A stretch of DNA of 64,000 nt from Paraspadella gotoi (Eukaryota > Animalia > Chaetognatha), in the NCBI GenBank assembly GCA_051294375.1, contig CM119267.1, forward strand, positions 13,942,186 to 14,006,185, read 5' to 3'. Positions 1 through 13,361 of this stretch are shown one piece after another (within the stretch, counting starts at the first letter, position 1; each line of letters begins with the position of its first letter). Both the position numbers and the translations under genes were made by a program. The notes beneath the pieces were generated by a model, which saw only the letters and a list, made by a program, of their open reading frames with translations, was not told the DNA's origin and searched no databases.

Positions 1-3000
1 AATAAGAGAGAGAGTGGTGTGAGAGAGGAGAGGAACGACGGAGAGGATGAGAAGGGAGGGAGAGGAAGAAGGAAGGAGTATTGAGAAGGAAGGACACGAG
101 TAAGGAGACTCAATCGCAGGTTACTTAAGGTGGATCACGCGGCTAGGAGGGGAGATAAGAAGAGGAGAGAAGAGAGAGGCAGAAGCAGCGCTCGGGATGC
201 TGCTAGTTAGGAGTAGGTTTGTAGTGTGGCACGATGTACGTTGCATTATATTATGTGTGTAACTTGCTCTCCTCTCTCTCCTCTCTCTCCGATCTTGAAG
301 TCTATCTCTCAGTCTTGCGGGTCTCTCTTATATGTTTACGCTTCTTACAGCCGAGACCAGACGTCAGATTAAGTAAAAACATACTGCGAGATGGCGAGTA
401 AATTGTTTATTTATTATCGGGGCGGGCCATGGATTTCACCGCATTGGGTCACACAATAGACGAATTTGTTATGTATGAATGATTAAGAGACGGTCTTGAC
501 ATGTTGGTTTTGAAAGAATTGCATTTGGTAGATCCACCGCGATTCAAGTAGAGAGAGAGAAGAGTAGCATCGTGAGGGCCTTATAGACGTATTGTATGTA
601 TCGATGTCCATCAGCATGCACGAGAAAGAGTATTCGAGAGAGAGAGTATGAGAGAAGGAGAGAGTAGATGAGAGGATGGAGTGAGAGAGAGGAGAGAGAG
701 AGAGAGAGAGGAGAGAGGAGTAGAAAGAGAGAGAGAGAAGAGAGAGAAGAGAATGGAAAGCACGGAATCTTATGAAGTCAGTGTAAAGGAAATGGAGTGA
801 GATGATGGGGTGTCAGAAAGGCTACAAAAATTGTTGAAGGCTAAAATGAGGAAATTTATGTGAAATTCTAGTTTTGTGCGGTATATATCATCTATAACAC
901 ATATGTAGTATCGTTACAGGGAATGAAAATGCTATATACTCAGGTCTAACGGTCAATTATTACATACACTCTAATAGTAGCTTTCTCATTCCTATTCCGT
1001 CTTTCCTGCGCTTCCTCTCCTCTTCTCTTGCTCTTCCTTTCTTTCGATTCTCTCTTCTTCCTTCGTCTCTCCCTCCTCTTCTCTATCTCTTCTCTCTGCT
1101 CGTCGTCCAATTCTCCTCTTTCTTCTTCCCGCCTCTACCTCTCTTCGGACCCCAGCGCAGCGTCTGAATCGCATATTCCCCGCCTTCCGCATTTTGGTCT
1201 ATTTCCTTCTTACTTCCAACCGATGAATGTTGCTCGCGCATTTGGTTCCCAATGACACCTCCTAAACCACACTGTTTCTGAGCACAAGTCTCTTCAAAGG
1301 ATGCACGACGAAGTCGGCGGGACGGTGGAAAATGCGTGTATGCGGATCGCGCGCAGCTGTGCGGCGTGCGTCGTTCGTGCGCGGCGGCGCCGTGCTGCAC
1401 TCCGGTGCCGTGGTGCTCATTTAGAATGTCTCTCACTCGGTGAAGAAAGAGAGACGAACCGGCACTAAGAATAGTCAAGCTTTAAGAAATGACATCGCTT
1501 ACGGGAGATCGTTAACTGTTCTGACTGCCGAACCCTTCTCTCCTCATCAAGAGAGTCATCTATCTTACTTTCAAATCTTTTCTGATCTATCTCTCATCTA
1601 TCTAATAGTTCTATTATTATCTCAATCTTAGTGCGAGATCTCTCATCTCGTTCATCTCTATGTATCTGCTCCATATTGCTATTCCCATAGCCACAAGAAT
1701 GAGTTTCCGATGGAGATTTTCAAAGCTATTTACTCTACGATGATACACAGAACCGTCTTGTAATCTCATAGAACTCCGGTCCTACCTTCAATAAAACAAG
1801 CACCATATACTTTCATTTCTCGTCGTCTCTTGAAATCTATTATGAAAGGAACAGTCAGAGTTATTGTGCGTGCCTCGCAGAACAACCGGAAGCTACCAAA
1901 AGTCGGCGAGATATGGTCTACACACACAATGTCGAACTGTTTTCTTCTCTTTGGATTATTTTATCCTTGCATTGGCGTGAGTTTTGCGTAAAGACGATCT
2001 TCGGCCAAGGAAATAATGCGTCTCTCGGGTCGAAATTATGCAACCGTAATAAGTCTTGGAATATATCCAGCATACTCTGTCGGTTTCTAAGGTCTCGGTC
2101 TCCTAGGTAGTTATCGCGAACGTCTAGGGTCTAAATATTATCTGCTTTTCGCACAAACAAACATGGTTAGCTTTTAAGCATCTATACGCAATAAACTCAT
2201 TAGTAATAGTTCTAGCCGTAGCAAATGTAAATCAATATCTATACTGGCTTATAGCTACATAATAATTTTAGTTTGTCATCTGTACCCTGAATGGGCATTC
2301 GAATAAAACGCTTATATAGATTACTTAATCTGTTCAGTTCCGCTTGCTATCCTCGTCCTCATTTTTTCGCATTAAGTAGCCTATGATGCTTCTACTCTTT
2401 CCTCGATTAGCACACATTGTTCTCCTGCAAAACGTCCGGGGATTTCCTGGATCATCCCAGAATTTTTTCATAGTTAATTTTCTTCGTTTCAAAATTTCAA
2501 CGCAAGAATCCCTATTCTTGCACGTTCCTCATGAAGTCTTGGGGCTCTCCCTGATATCCACTTGACATAGTCATCGAAAACGCACCTTTGTTAAAACCCG
2601 AGCGGCCCGAGTGCGACGCGCGGATTTGAGCAATTCACAATGCCAACTGCGCATTACGCCCCGCATCCCCCCAGATACGTCCCTTTGCTACGTGCTCCAT
2701 CCCGGCATCTGCGGGTCGATCAGAAAAAAATTTCTACCCTCAATTTTTCTCTATAAAACAGGTGTTTCAAACTTCTTTCTTTCTATCTTTCAGCTCTTCT
2801 CATCCTGGCTCTTCTCTCCTTCTTCTTCGTTCTCTTTGCTCTCGCCGCGCTCTGGCTACGTCTTCTCTTCATCTCGGTCCTTTCTCTCTCTGCCAGGCTG
2901 AGTAATTTCCTGTCATGCTCATATGGTCTCTACTTGACTCTATCTTTCTGAACCATATTATTATGTTACGCCACTAAGAGAGGTCACAACTATATCCGAT

Positions 3001-4644
3001 GAAGCTTATTTCATCTTCGTATTTATTTCGTGGCGACTGGTCTCCCTCTATCTAATCACTCGTTCGCTCTTTGGGACGTTTCCATAACCTTCAATTTTAT
3101 CATCTCAGTATTATCTATCATTACACTTATGTTCTTACGAGATAGTTCCTCATTTTATATCCATCTCTACTTGAGGCTGTATCTCTAAAAATTTCCACAA
3201 ATCCGAACGCTAAAGATCGGTTTATTCTGGATCAACAGTTACACTACTATAGGCCAGGAGAACACCGAAACAGAGAGAGATAAAACATCGATCGCGGGAA
3301 TTCTGAGACTGACGATTTCGTACCACGCATCTATGAAAATATTTGGCAATTTCCCACCCGCAAATACGTTGTTCTTTCTCTCAAGAGTTATTAATAGACG
3401 CAAACACAAGCAGATCAGAGAAAACTAATCTGCTATACAGAGAGCGAACATCTAGCACACAAAACGATCGAACACGTCCGCTCGTGGCGTATAGAATTAC
3501 TAACGATTCACAATTAAGCGCGGAGGACGCACGGGCGAGCTTCACTGGCACTCACATAAGGGCTCTCGTTTCAGGGTTTTCCTGCAGATTCGACTGAGCG
3601 GGTTTTTGAAGAGCACAGAATTTATATACGATCTTCATAGCGCATGTCTTTAAATATAATAACAGAAACGGACACGTTAGTTATTATATATGTGTCTTAA
3701 TTTCTGATATTTCCTTACTTATTATATGCTTTGCAAAGACAGGCTTAGAGTTCATTATTCTATTTCTATTTCTCTACAAGAATACTCCCATGGTTTTTTT
3801 AAAAAACTTCAATACCTATACTATAATTACATATTAACTTATCACCAATATTAAAACTTATTCTACAACGCGCGANNNNNNNNNNNNNNNNNNNNNNNNN
3901 GTCCTCAATCGTTTCTATCCTTTCTTTCTTCTTTCTTTCTTCTTTCTTTCTTTCGTCTCTTTAATTCTTCTGCTTTCTTTCTTCTGTTCTTTCTTTCTTT
4001 CTTTCTTTCTTTCTTTACTGTCCTTTCAATCTTTCTATCCTTTCTTTCTTCTTCTTCTTTCTTTCTTCTTTCTTACTTCTTGCTTTCTTCTTTCTTTCCT
4101 TTCTTCTTCTTGCTTCCTCCCTTTTTCTCTCCAATCCTTTTATTCTGAGTTTTCAATTTATTATCATGCCGTATTAACGTCCATTTCATTTCTCAATCGG
4201 TCCCTCGCCATCTTACTCTCTCTCTCTCTCTCTGTCTCGTCTCTCCTCTCTCTACTCTCCTTTTTCCCGCGCTTTTTTCTGCCCGGCGCTAAACTGCAGC
4301 GCCCGATTAACTAGAAAACAACGCACTCGTTGGCTTTGGCACCGTCCCCCCGCTTCGCCTTGTGGATACTTTATTGCTTCTCGGTTATTGGCCAGGCCCA
4401 CCGACGACGACGACGACGACGACGACGAAGACAGTCTATTGGCACCCCACGCACGGTCACTAGGCTCTTTTCAGGTTTCCTGGCAGTTCGATCTGACCAA
4501 GTGTTTTGCAAATTATTTTTGACTAAAAAAAAAAAAGCAGAGGCACCGTTGGAACGTTATGTTCGTTTTTAAGTTTGCAAGAGTTAGAGTATATACAGAA
4601 AATAGGTTTTATTTACAACCTAAACGTATACATGACAATCATAT

Positions 4645-5290
4645 ATATAATACGAATCCTAAGAGAAAAAAACCCAGACAACGACGTATAGTATCGAACC
4701 TGCTACTGTTATACAGCGTTGTAAAAAAACAGTAGAACAAATGAAAATATAATATTGCAAAAAAAAACATTATTATAATAAAAACACACAAAAAGAAAAA
4801 AAGAAAACACCTTTGATCGAAAAGTAGAAGTTGTTTGACGAGCTTCTCTCCTTTTGATGGATTAAAATTTAAAAAGAAGATAAAATAAGTTATTGAGTAA
4901 ACACTTCATAAACCTTTAAAAACAAAAATATTATCTACACAAGAGCTAATTAGTATGTTCAGGCGTAGACGACCCGAGCTAAAGATAACGGTCTCGTCTG
5001 CGTCAGTTAGAAATACGAATCTAAAAAACAAAAAACAAACCCAGACAACTATCGTTTCGCCGCTAGTGTTATTAGCAGTCGTTGAGTGACAGATTTTTGC
5101 CATTTTTATAAAAAAAAAGAAAAAAAGAGAAACCTTTCGTTTTTGACAGCTTTTTAGCTTTTATGGTTAAAATTTAAAAAAAGATAAAAAGTTATTGAGT
5201 AAAACATATAAACCTTTAAAAACAAAAGGCGTTATCTCACTAGGATATATTTTCGGCTAACGACCCGACTAAAAATAAAGGTGAGCGCGT
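4645..5290 (+). repeat. Noisy tandem duplication (~300-360 bp)
   Basis: aatacgaatc..aacccagacaac..gttattgagtaaa..taaacctttaaaaacaaaa..acgacccga occurs twice. Confidence 0.6.
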
Positions 5291-6078
5291 GAAAACGAGG
5301 GAAAGACGACGCGTTGAGTCGGCGCCTGCGCAGTGAGCACACACACTCAAAAAAAAGAAAAAAAAAGAAGAAAACCGACGATAAAACTGTTTATAGAAAA
5401 AGAGGAGAGAAGCCGAACGTGAAAAGCTCATAATGCGGCCTTAATGGTCGCGTCCCCTCTTTGTCGATATGGTCCATTTCGAAGCGGGTTGTCAACTTCA
5501 TGGATTTTTCTTTCTTTTTTTTTTTTGCGTTGCGTCGCGATTCACGAAACGGATATTTTTCACTTTTCCTTCATTTTCACTGAATGACGAGCTATTATGA
5601 TTGCGAAACTTCTAGGATTGTTTGAGCAATGAAAGCGTGTTAAGCTATTTTTTTACAATACTTGTTCGTTTTCCGAAGCAAATGCATCATTTTAACTCGT
5701 AAAAAATAAAAAATGATTTTTTCTGATATATATATGCGCGCGCGGACAACATTCGTTTGCTTTACTCCTTCCCCGCTTATCTCATTTTATTTCATTAAAT
5801 TTTAACAAGACCCGACAACATCACATCCATATTCCATAATGTCGCTCAATAAACCCCGTTGAGACTTGGTTTTTGAAAGCCCTTCACTTGAGGGATTTCT
5901 GGCGAACCAGAGCCTCACAAAAATCGACCGACCGCTCTCACGACCTTACCGAGGTATTGTTCACTCTCCGACTCACAGACTCGCAGATAAAAAGGGACTG
6001 TCGTCACCAGAGCAGTCGCCAACGCTCCGCCCAAGTCTGGAAATCCCGCCCTCCGCAATTATAATTCGCGTTCATAAT

Positions 6079-6207
6079 TCAGAGGCGCCGTTGCTTGGCA
6101 ACGTCTCCCTCTTCGCCAGGCCTTGATGATCCCAAGGCTGCGACGAATACGACGACGAAAACGACGACCGTGCTGCTGATGGAACGAGAGAAAAATTTCA
6201 TAGAAAT
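6079..6207 (-). CDS. Candidate exon encoding a signal-peptide-like N-terminus
   Basis: Acceptor ttcatttttcatag|; translates as (IS)MKFFSRSISSTVVVFVVVFVAALGSSRPGEEGDVAKQRRL*. The hydrophobic core derives partly from a GTC repeat. Confidence 0.3.
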   Translation of the reverse strand: MSMKFFSRSISSTVVVFVVVFVAALGSSRPGEEGDVAKQRRL

Positions 6208-7887
6208 CTATGAAAAATGAAATAGCGGCAAAGGCGAGGGATGTCATTGCGCGGTGCAAACGTCGGACTGAATGAGAAGAGAAATACACCTGAAACAANN
6301 NNNNNNNNNNNNNNNNNNNNNNNNNNNNNNNNNNNNNNNNNNNNNNNNNNNNNNNNNNNNNNNNNNNNNNNNNNNNNNNNNNNNNNNNNNNNNNNNNNNN
6401 NNNNNNNNNNNNNNNNNNNNNNNNNNNNNNNNNNNNNNNNNNNNNNNNNNNNNNNNNNNNNNNNNNNNNNNNNNNNNNNNNNNNNNNNNNNNNNNNNNNN
6501 NNNNNNNNNNNNNNNNNNNNNNNNNNNNNNNNNNNNNNNNNNNNNNNNNNNNNNNNNNNNNNNNNNNNNNNNNNNNNNNNNNNNNNNNNNNNNNNNNNNN
6601 NNNNNNNNNNNNNNNNNNNNNNNNNNNNNNNNNNNNNNNNNNNNNNNNNNNNNNNNNNNNNNNNNNNNNNNNNNNNNNNNNNNNNNNNNNCATTTCCTGA
6701 ATTTAAATCTTTGATGTGCGCAAAGAAAAAGGGTTGATGACATTGGACTGGATTACGCAAAATTTCGCATCATTATAGGCATCATTATACATTGCATAAA
6801 AATGTTACAAAACTTAATTACTTTTTCATTTTTTATCAAGAAGATTACTTTTTCTGATCCGGCGATTTATGGGGTCAAAAAAATAAAATTAGATTAAAAT
6901 AAAGTTTTAATTAACATTTAGTTTTGTTTCGTCGGTTTATATTTAGAGTAAGGAATGTTTGTTCGTGTTGCATTTGTATCATAATTTGATTTGAATAAAA
7001 CACCTCATTATTCAAGCGTTCAACAAAGAGCCCATATATTGGCATTCTCCATAACTCCGAACTTCTCTTTCTTTCTCTCTTGCCTTCTGCTTGTTGCTTC
7101 TCGCTCTCCTTCCTCCCCCATGACTCCATTTGGGTCAAAGCATTGACGCCGTCGGCCGCCCTCGGCCGCCCTCGGCCGCCGTCGCTCGCCTCGGTCCATC
7201 AATGGACCATTTTTTTGTTTTCTTTCGTTTCCGAAAAAATGAAAGGGGGAAAAAGAGGAGAGAAAAGAATGGAAGAAAATAAAAAGAAAGCTTAAAGAAG
7301 AAGAGAAGGTGACAGGGGCAGTCAGAGGTAGGTAAGAAATTCATTCCATATTTACAAAGATACCAAATACTGTAAGAAAAGATTAAAAAAAAACACAACA
7401 AAACAAAACAAAAACAAATTATAAATGCTTAGATTTCATTTTTGAAGACTTTGCTATTGCCGAGCAGCGCGCCATTTTCTCTTCGACTGACTTATTGTGT
7501 TTATTTCCCATTCGAGTGGTCACTGACCATTGGGCCATTTACTCGATAATAATATTCTTTATGAGCTTCGAACAACTCGTTCGATCTTTCATCAAAAGCT
7601 TCTTCTTTTTTTTTCACCATTTTTTTTTTGGAGCGGAAGCGGAAATGGGTCTCGCCGCTCTCCTCTCTTCATCCCACGCTTTGTTTTTCTTTGTTCATTC
7701 ATCGCGTCTCATTCATTCATTCATTCCCTCATTCATTCCCGCCATTCACACGAATCGATCCTTTTCTCGTTTTCCGTTCGGTCAACCAAATCTCTCGATC
7801 GGCCTTTCGTCCCCATTCTTTCCAGTTAAATTACTGTGCGATTCCTTTGTTTTGATTCCAGTTGAAGGATCACAACATTTTTATTTA

Positions 7888-8164
7888 CTTAGTTGCATTT
7901 GAGCGATTGCATTTGAACGACTGTAAAAAAAAAATAGGAACAATTTTAAGGTGTTTCGCTGGCATTCTTTACATATATGCATCCTGTGGTGAGTACCCAT
8001 TTTTAGTATATTCGCATATGCATTCAAAAAGTCTAATGTTACAGCACCTATATGAGAGTCAGCAAGGATGATATAAAATATAGTGTGGCCAACTAAAGAA
8101 CATACAGACAGACCGACCGACGCTCAAATTTCTTATCGCGAGCGTAAGAGGCGCAACTAAAAAG
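7888..8164 (-). mobile_element. Possible degenerate HINE-like element (third family or fragment)
   Basis: acagacagaccgaccgac followed by ...gcgcaactaaaaa, the same terminus as family A; ttagttgc near 7888 is an inverted partner. Only one copy in the window. Confidence 0.35.
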
Positions 8165-9619
8165 CGAATAAAAAACCCCTACAGGTTTGAAGAAAGAACC
8201 CCCTCCGAAATGCAGGGCGATAAACTCTGTTTTTCAGGACGACAATCACTTCGGGGAGTGGAAGGAGAGAGAGAGGAGGGGGGGGAATAATTTGGAGGGA
8301 CATCGAAGGAATTTTCAACGCGTGGGAGTGGATGAGAGCGAGTGGGCGAAGGGAAGTGGGTGGCAGATGGTTGTAAAGGAGGTGGTGGGCGGGCGAAGGG
8401 ACAGCAGTGATAAGGGGGCGGAGAGGATCGTGATTAGAAGAGGCGCCGTTATGAGAATTTGTGGCGCGCCGGGATTTTTTTTCTCTTTTCTCTCTCTTCT
8501 CTTCTCTTCTCTCTTTTCCGAAACATCAGTGGCGCCATTGGCTTGAACCGTGTCGAGTTTCGGAAGAGCGTTGCGCGTCGATCCCCTCGCTTTAATGCGC
8601 TCGACTCGTGGAACGGAGTCTACGGATCAATTAATCAGGAACAGGACTGTTGAATACGGACGTAAAGTCGCAGTAGAAATCTTAATTAATGAAAGGCGAT
8701 TGTTGAAAAAGTTCAGGTAGATGTTTACCGAATCACAGTATAACCTGACTTTCCAAAAAACACTCGGCTATCCGGAACAACGTTAACTTTTATCTACCGT
8801 TTTCTGCATTTAAATAAAAAAATTGAGAGAATGAAATTGAAAAAATATACAAATGTTTTCGAATCCATGTAAAGTCGTCCGAAAAACACACACGCACCAA
8901 AAAAGAAGAAATCCTACTACTTTTTTTTTTTAACTGCATCGACTGTAAAACGCAACAGTCGCAACAACCAGCCTACTTTTTAACTGCATCGAGGCTGAGA
9001 TCTTCGTGGGCGGAAAGGGAGAGAGAGAGAGAGGGAGAGGGGGGTAAGTTTAGACGGGCAGAGACAGGGGGGCGTATATAGGGGCAGAACGGTTCCTGCC
9101 AAACATGGTAATGAAGCATCTGAAGCAGACTCAAGGTTGCAGGGCCATCGCATGACACAAGTTTGAAGGAGGACCGAAAGGGGAACGAAGGGGGGGGAAA
9201 AGGGGGGCGGAGGTGGCGGAATACGAAGGAATTAAAAAGGAAGGAATTAAAAAGGAAGGAATTAAAACCTGTTTCTGTCGAAAGGTGGCGGGGCAGGGTG
9301 AAAGGGGGAGAAAGAGGTATCGTACAGAAATTACCCCCCCAAAAAATATAAGGTCACTCCCACGAGCTTGTTTCTTGTCCCAAATTCGCTCGTCGATTTG
9401 CGAACAATGTACAGAAAAAAGATTGGTTGTCGCTCTGGACACAAAATCGATTGACAACTCCCGAACCCCGACCCTCCCAAAAAAACTAACAACAAAAAAG
9501 AAGAAGGTCATCGGATCTCGAGCGAAACGTCAGCGTCTAGAGTTGGGTCGAAGTTAGAAAGTGAGATTTAAAGAAATCGGAGAAAAGGACAACAAAAGGA
9601 GACAATTTGAAGGAGAGAC

Positions 9620-10680
9620 TAGAATGGGAGAAAAAGTAGGACCGGGAAAGGAGTGGGGACTGCGGTATTGGGGTTTGGGGACTGGATTCAGTGGTACGTG
9701 GATTGAAGTTGCAGTAAAGGGTGGAACGGCTTTAGACCCTAAAGATGGGGAAAGATAAAAGTGGAGAGATATCTGGTTTCCTCTCTCATCTCTCTCTCCT
9801 CTCTCTCTCTTGTCTTCTTCTCTCCGTCTCTCTCTCCTCTCTCTCTCCTCACTCTCTCCGTCTCTGCCACTCTCTCGTTCTTCCTTCCTCACTTTGCGAT
9901 CATCCTCGCGGCTCTGCATTTGGACCAAGAAACGTTATTTTAGACCAACGGCGCTATGACCCGGTGTATACCGTACAGCGTGGTTTAGTGAGGATTCGTT
10001 GGGGGGGGGGGTCGGAATTGGGATAAGCGTCGGATGTATTAGCCGGGTGGCGCTCATAGCAAAGGAGAGCGAGCATGACGAGAAAAAAAGGACATGGAAG
10101 GGCCGAGGGGAGAGAGAAAAGGGGGAGGGAGGAAAGGGGGGCGAGGAAAGGAGAGGAAAGGGAGAAGAAGGGGGAGAGGGAAAGGGGGAGGATGAAAGAA
10201 GGAGGAGAAGGGAAAGGGGAGGAGGAGGGAAAGGAGGGGAGGGAAGGGAGAGAGGGGAGAGAGGAGAAGGGGAGGGGGGATGAAAGGGGGAGGGGGGAGG
10301 AAAGGGGGAGGAGAGGAAAGGGGGAGAGAAGAAAAGAAAGGAGGGAGAAGAGGAAAGGGGGAAGGGAGGAAAGGGGAGGAAGGGAGGAAATAAGAATTAT
10401 TGAAGGGAGGGAGACGGAAAGGGAGGGTCAAGGAGAAGGAAGGAGGGAGGAGGAAAGGGGAGGAGGGGAAAAAGGGGGAGAAGAGGAAAGNNNNNNNNNN
10501 NNNNNNNNNNNNNNNCCAAAATGGGGAGAAAAAGTAGGACCGGAAAGGAGTGGGGACTGCGGTTATTGGGGTACTGGGATGATCAGTGGGTCGGTTGAAG
10601 TTGCAGTAAAGGGTGGAACGGCTTCAGACCCTAAAGATGGGGAAAGATAAAAGTGGAGAGATATCTGGTTCTCTCTCTCT

Positions 10681-10736
<56 letters not shown>

Positions 10737-10985
10737 CTCTCTCTCTTCTCTCCTAGCTCTTCTTCCAAACTCCTCGCGGCTCTGATTTGGACCAAGATAC
10801 GTTATCTTAGACCAAGCGGCGCTTGACCCGGTGTTACTCCGGTACAGGTGAGTTTAGTGGATTCGTGGGGGGGGGGGTGGTGAATTGGAGAAAGCGTCGG
10901 GATGTTTAGCGGTGGGCGTCATAGCAGGAGAGCAGAAGCATGACGAGAAAAAGAAGACATGGAAGGGCCGAGGGGAGAGAAAAAG
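9620..10985 (+). repeat. Direct duplication (~9620-10115 and ~10516-10985) across a 25-N gap, probable assembly artefact
   Basis: Both copies read aatgggagaaaaagtaggaccgg...gaccctaaagatgggg...ttagacca...gacatggaagggccgagggg and differ mostly by single-base indels. Confidence 0.8.
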
Positions 10986-11980
10986 GGGAGGAGGAGGGGA
11001 GGGAGGAAAGGGGAGGGAGGGAAAGGGAGAGAGAAAGGGGAGAGGGGAAAGGGGGAGGATGAATAGGGGGAGAGGGAAAGGGGAGGAGGAAGGGGGAGGA
11101 GGAAGGGAGAGGGAAAGGGGGAGGGATGAAAGGAGGGACGGGAAGAAGGCGGAGAGGAATAGGGAGGAGGGAGGAAGGGAGGAGGGGAGGAAAAGGGGGA
11201 GAGGAAGGGGAGGGAGAAAAGGGAGAGGGAAAGGGGAGGGAGGGAAGGGGAGGTGAGGAAAGGGGGAGAGGGAAAGGGCGGAGGAGAAAGGGGGAGAAGG
11301 AAAGGGGGAGGGGGAAAGGGGCGAGGGAAAGGGGGAGAGGGAAAGGGGAGGAGGAAAGGGGGAGGGAGGAAAGGGGAGGGAGGAAAGGGAGGGGGAAAGG
11401 GGTGAGGGAGGAAGGGGGGAGATGAGGAAAGGGGAGAGAGGAAAGGGGAGGGAGGAAAGGGGAGGATGAAAGGGGGATTGAGGGAAGGGGAGGGAGAAAA
11501 GGGGGAGGATGGAAAGGGGCGGAGGGGAAAGGGGGAGGATGGAAGGGTGAGAGGGATAAGGGGAGGAGGAAAGGGGGAGAGAGGAAAGGGGAGAGAGGAA
11601 AGGGGAGGAGGAAAGGGGGAGGGAGGAAAGGGGAGGGAGGAAAGGGGAAGAGGAAAGGGGGAGGAGAAAGGGGAGAGAGGAAAGGGGGAGTAAGGAAAGG
11701 GGGAGGTGAGATAAGGGGGGGGGAGAGAGTAAGGGGGAGAGGAAGGAGAGGGATGATAAGGTGGGATGAGGAAAGGGGGAGTGAGGAAAGGACTGGAGGA
11801 AAGGGGATGACAGTGAAAGGGGAGGGAAAAGGGAGAGGGAGAAAGGGGAGAGGAGGAAAGGCAGAGAGTGAAAAGGGGAGAGAGGAAAGGGGGAGAGAGG
11901 AAAGGGGAGAGAGGAAAGGGAGGGATGAAAAGCGGAGAAGGGAAAGGGGGAGAGGGAAAGGGGGAGTACAGCGAAAGGGA
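10090..11980 (+). repeat. Polypurine G-run minisatellite (gaggaaaggggg-like units), two blocks
   Basis: Almost pure G/A strand with repeated G3-G6 runs at ~10090-10490 and ~10965-11980. Confidence 0.9.
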
Positions 11981-12368
11981 TGACAGAAACGGGAACCGGG
12001 AGCGAAGGAAGGTTCTCACCGATTGATTGGTCCGAGGCATTAAAAACGGTCGTGCTCGAGATAAAAAAAAAGGAGGAAAGGAGATTTAAAGAGAAAGGAG
12101 ACAAAATAAGGAGAGAAGCAACTGGAACAAAAAGGAAACGTATACGTCGTATAGGTATAGAAAAAATGATATGTTTGAAGTTTTGCTTGAGGCAACAAAA
12201 AATTCGCTTGCGCTGAGATTTTTAATGATTTTGATCAACTGTCAACCCATTAATAACTCAAGCACTCGTGGACCTGAATTTTTACTTTATTTACATATTT
12301 AATCAACACGCCTAAAAAAAGGAGAGACGTCGCTATAAAACTGTTTTCGTATCCAACGGGGAATTAAT

Positions 12369-12650
12369 AAACAAGTTTGAGCAAACAATGTCGGATCTGC
12401 CCACGATAATTAAGCGGTAAGAGTTTTTTGCTAAAGGGGGATACATACAGATAGATTGAGAGACAATCAGATAGACAGACAGACAGACAGATAGAGAGAG
12501 GGACGGACATCTTATTTTGCATCATTTATCATAATTCGATGTTCTGACATGTTTTAAATGAATGACCGACAAAATTGAGGGGGCGGACCGACGGACCGAC
12601 AAAGTGAATTATAGAGTCGGGATCCGCTGATAAGCAGATCCGACTAAAAA
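12369..12650 (-). mobile_element. HINE/DINE-1-like element, family B, copy 1
   Basis: Ends aaacaag...actaaaaa; 11-bp subterminal inverted repeat gtcggatctgc/gcagatccgac; hairpin gtttgagcaaac; (GACA)n and gaccgac repeats; homologous (inverted) to 30288-30531. Confidence 0.65.
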
Positions 12651-13002
12651 AAGAAAAAAAAAAAAAAGAATTGGGTTCCAAAGTTTCGTCCATAACTTAG
12701 TCGACCAAAAAGATTTCGATCTTAACATCGAAAATACTGAGATCGTAAAAGTTTTACTCCAAATTTATACCAAAAAAAAGTCTCTCTCCAGTTTTTTTCC
12801 TTTTTCCTTTCAGCCCATTCCTTCGGCAACAAAGGAAAAGAAAGGGTGAAGCGAAACGGAAAAATATCGAGGCATCAAAGTCGAAAGCGAGGGGGCGTAG
12901 GGTATTGAATGCGGTCGGCATCGAAAGCGGGGAGTATCGAGCGACGGCATCGAAACGGGAGATGCAGAAGAGACATGCGGTTGAGAACAAACCTTCGCTT
13001 AC

Positions 13003-13023
13003 AGTTAAATTAAGCCTCTCCAT
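13003..13023 (-). CDS. Candidate first coding mini-exon MERLNLT
   Basis: - strand atg gag agg ctt aat tta act|gtaagc, downstream of the CCAAT/CRE cluster. Confidence 0.3.
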
Positions 13024-13106
13024 TGTCAATATACACTTTTGCTCTTTTAAGAAAAGTGTAATGAAAGTTTTCAGATCGGTTTTCAACGCATCAACTTTTC
13101 AAGTGG

Positions 13107-13162
13107 CCAATCAACTGGCAAACCAGCGAGCCAATCCGACGTCACCAGTTTTTCCAGCCAAT
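13107..13162 (-). promoter_or_regulatory. Three CCAAT boxes plus a CRE-like site, candidate promoter
   Basis: ggCCAATc 13107, agCCAATc 13131, agCCAATa 13158 (NF-Y-like RRCCAAT) and GACGTCA 13138, about 85-140 bp upstream of a - strand ATG with a gtaag donor. Confidence 0.45.
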
Positions 13163-13290
13163 AAGATCTCGAGAACGTGAAGCTCATTAAAGGCCAAAAA
13201 AGCGTCGGAGAAAAAAAATCTGCCAAAGATTTGATTTGGAATTGGGGAGAAAACGGAAAACCCAAGGACGCGGCAACACTCTCACTTATT

Positions 13291-13361
<71 letters not shown>

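Noticed and set aside
1-3875. Short ORFs in the first contig segment
   Set aside because: The sequence looks error-rich (broken microsatellites) with no recognisable motifs.
6059-6760. ORFs spanning N runs (also at 40.3, 47.9, 48.7, 49.3 and 52.2 kb)
   Set aside because: Their length comes from gap characters.
10757-10847. Possible + strand exon (tcctag|...tacag|gtgagt)
   Set aside because: The two duplicate copies disagree in frame and at the donor, so no product can be supported.
10854-12104. 416-aa and 373-aa Pro/Ser/Leu/Phe-rich ORFs
   Set aside because: Translations of the polypyrimidine strand of a minisatellite that lacks stop codons by composition.
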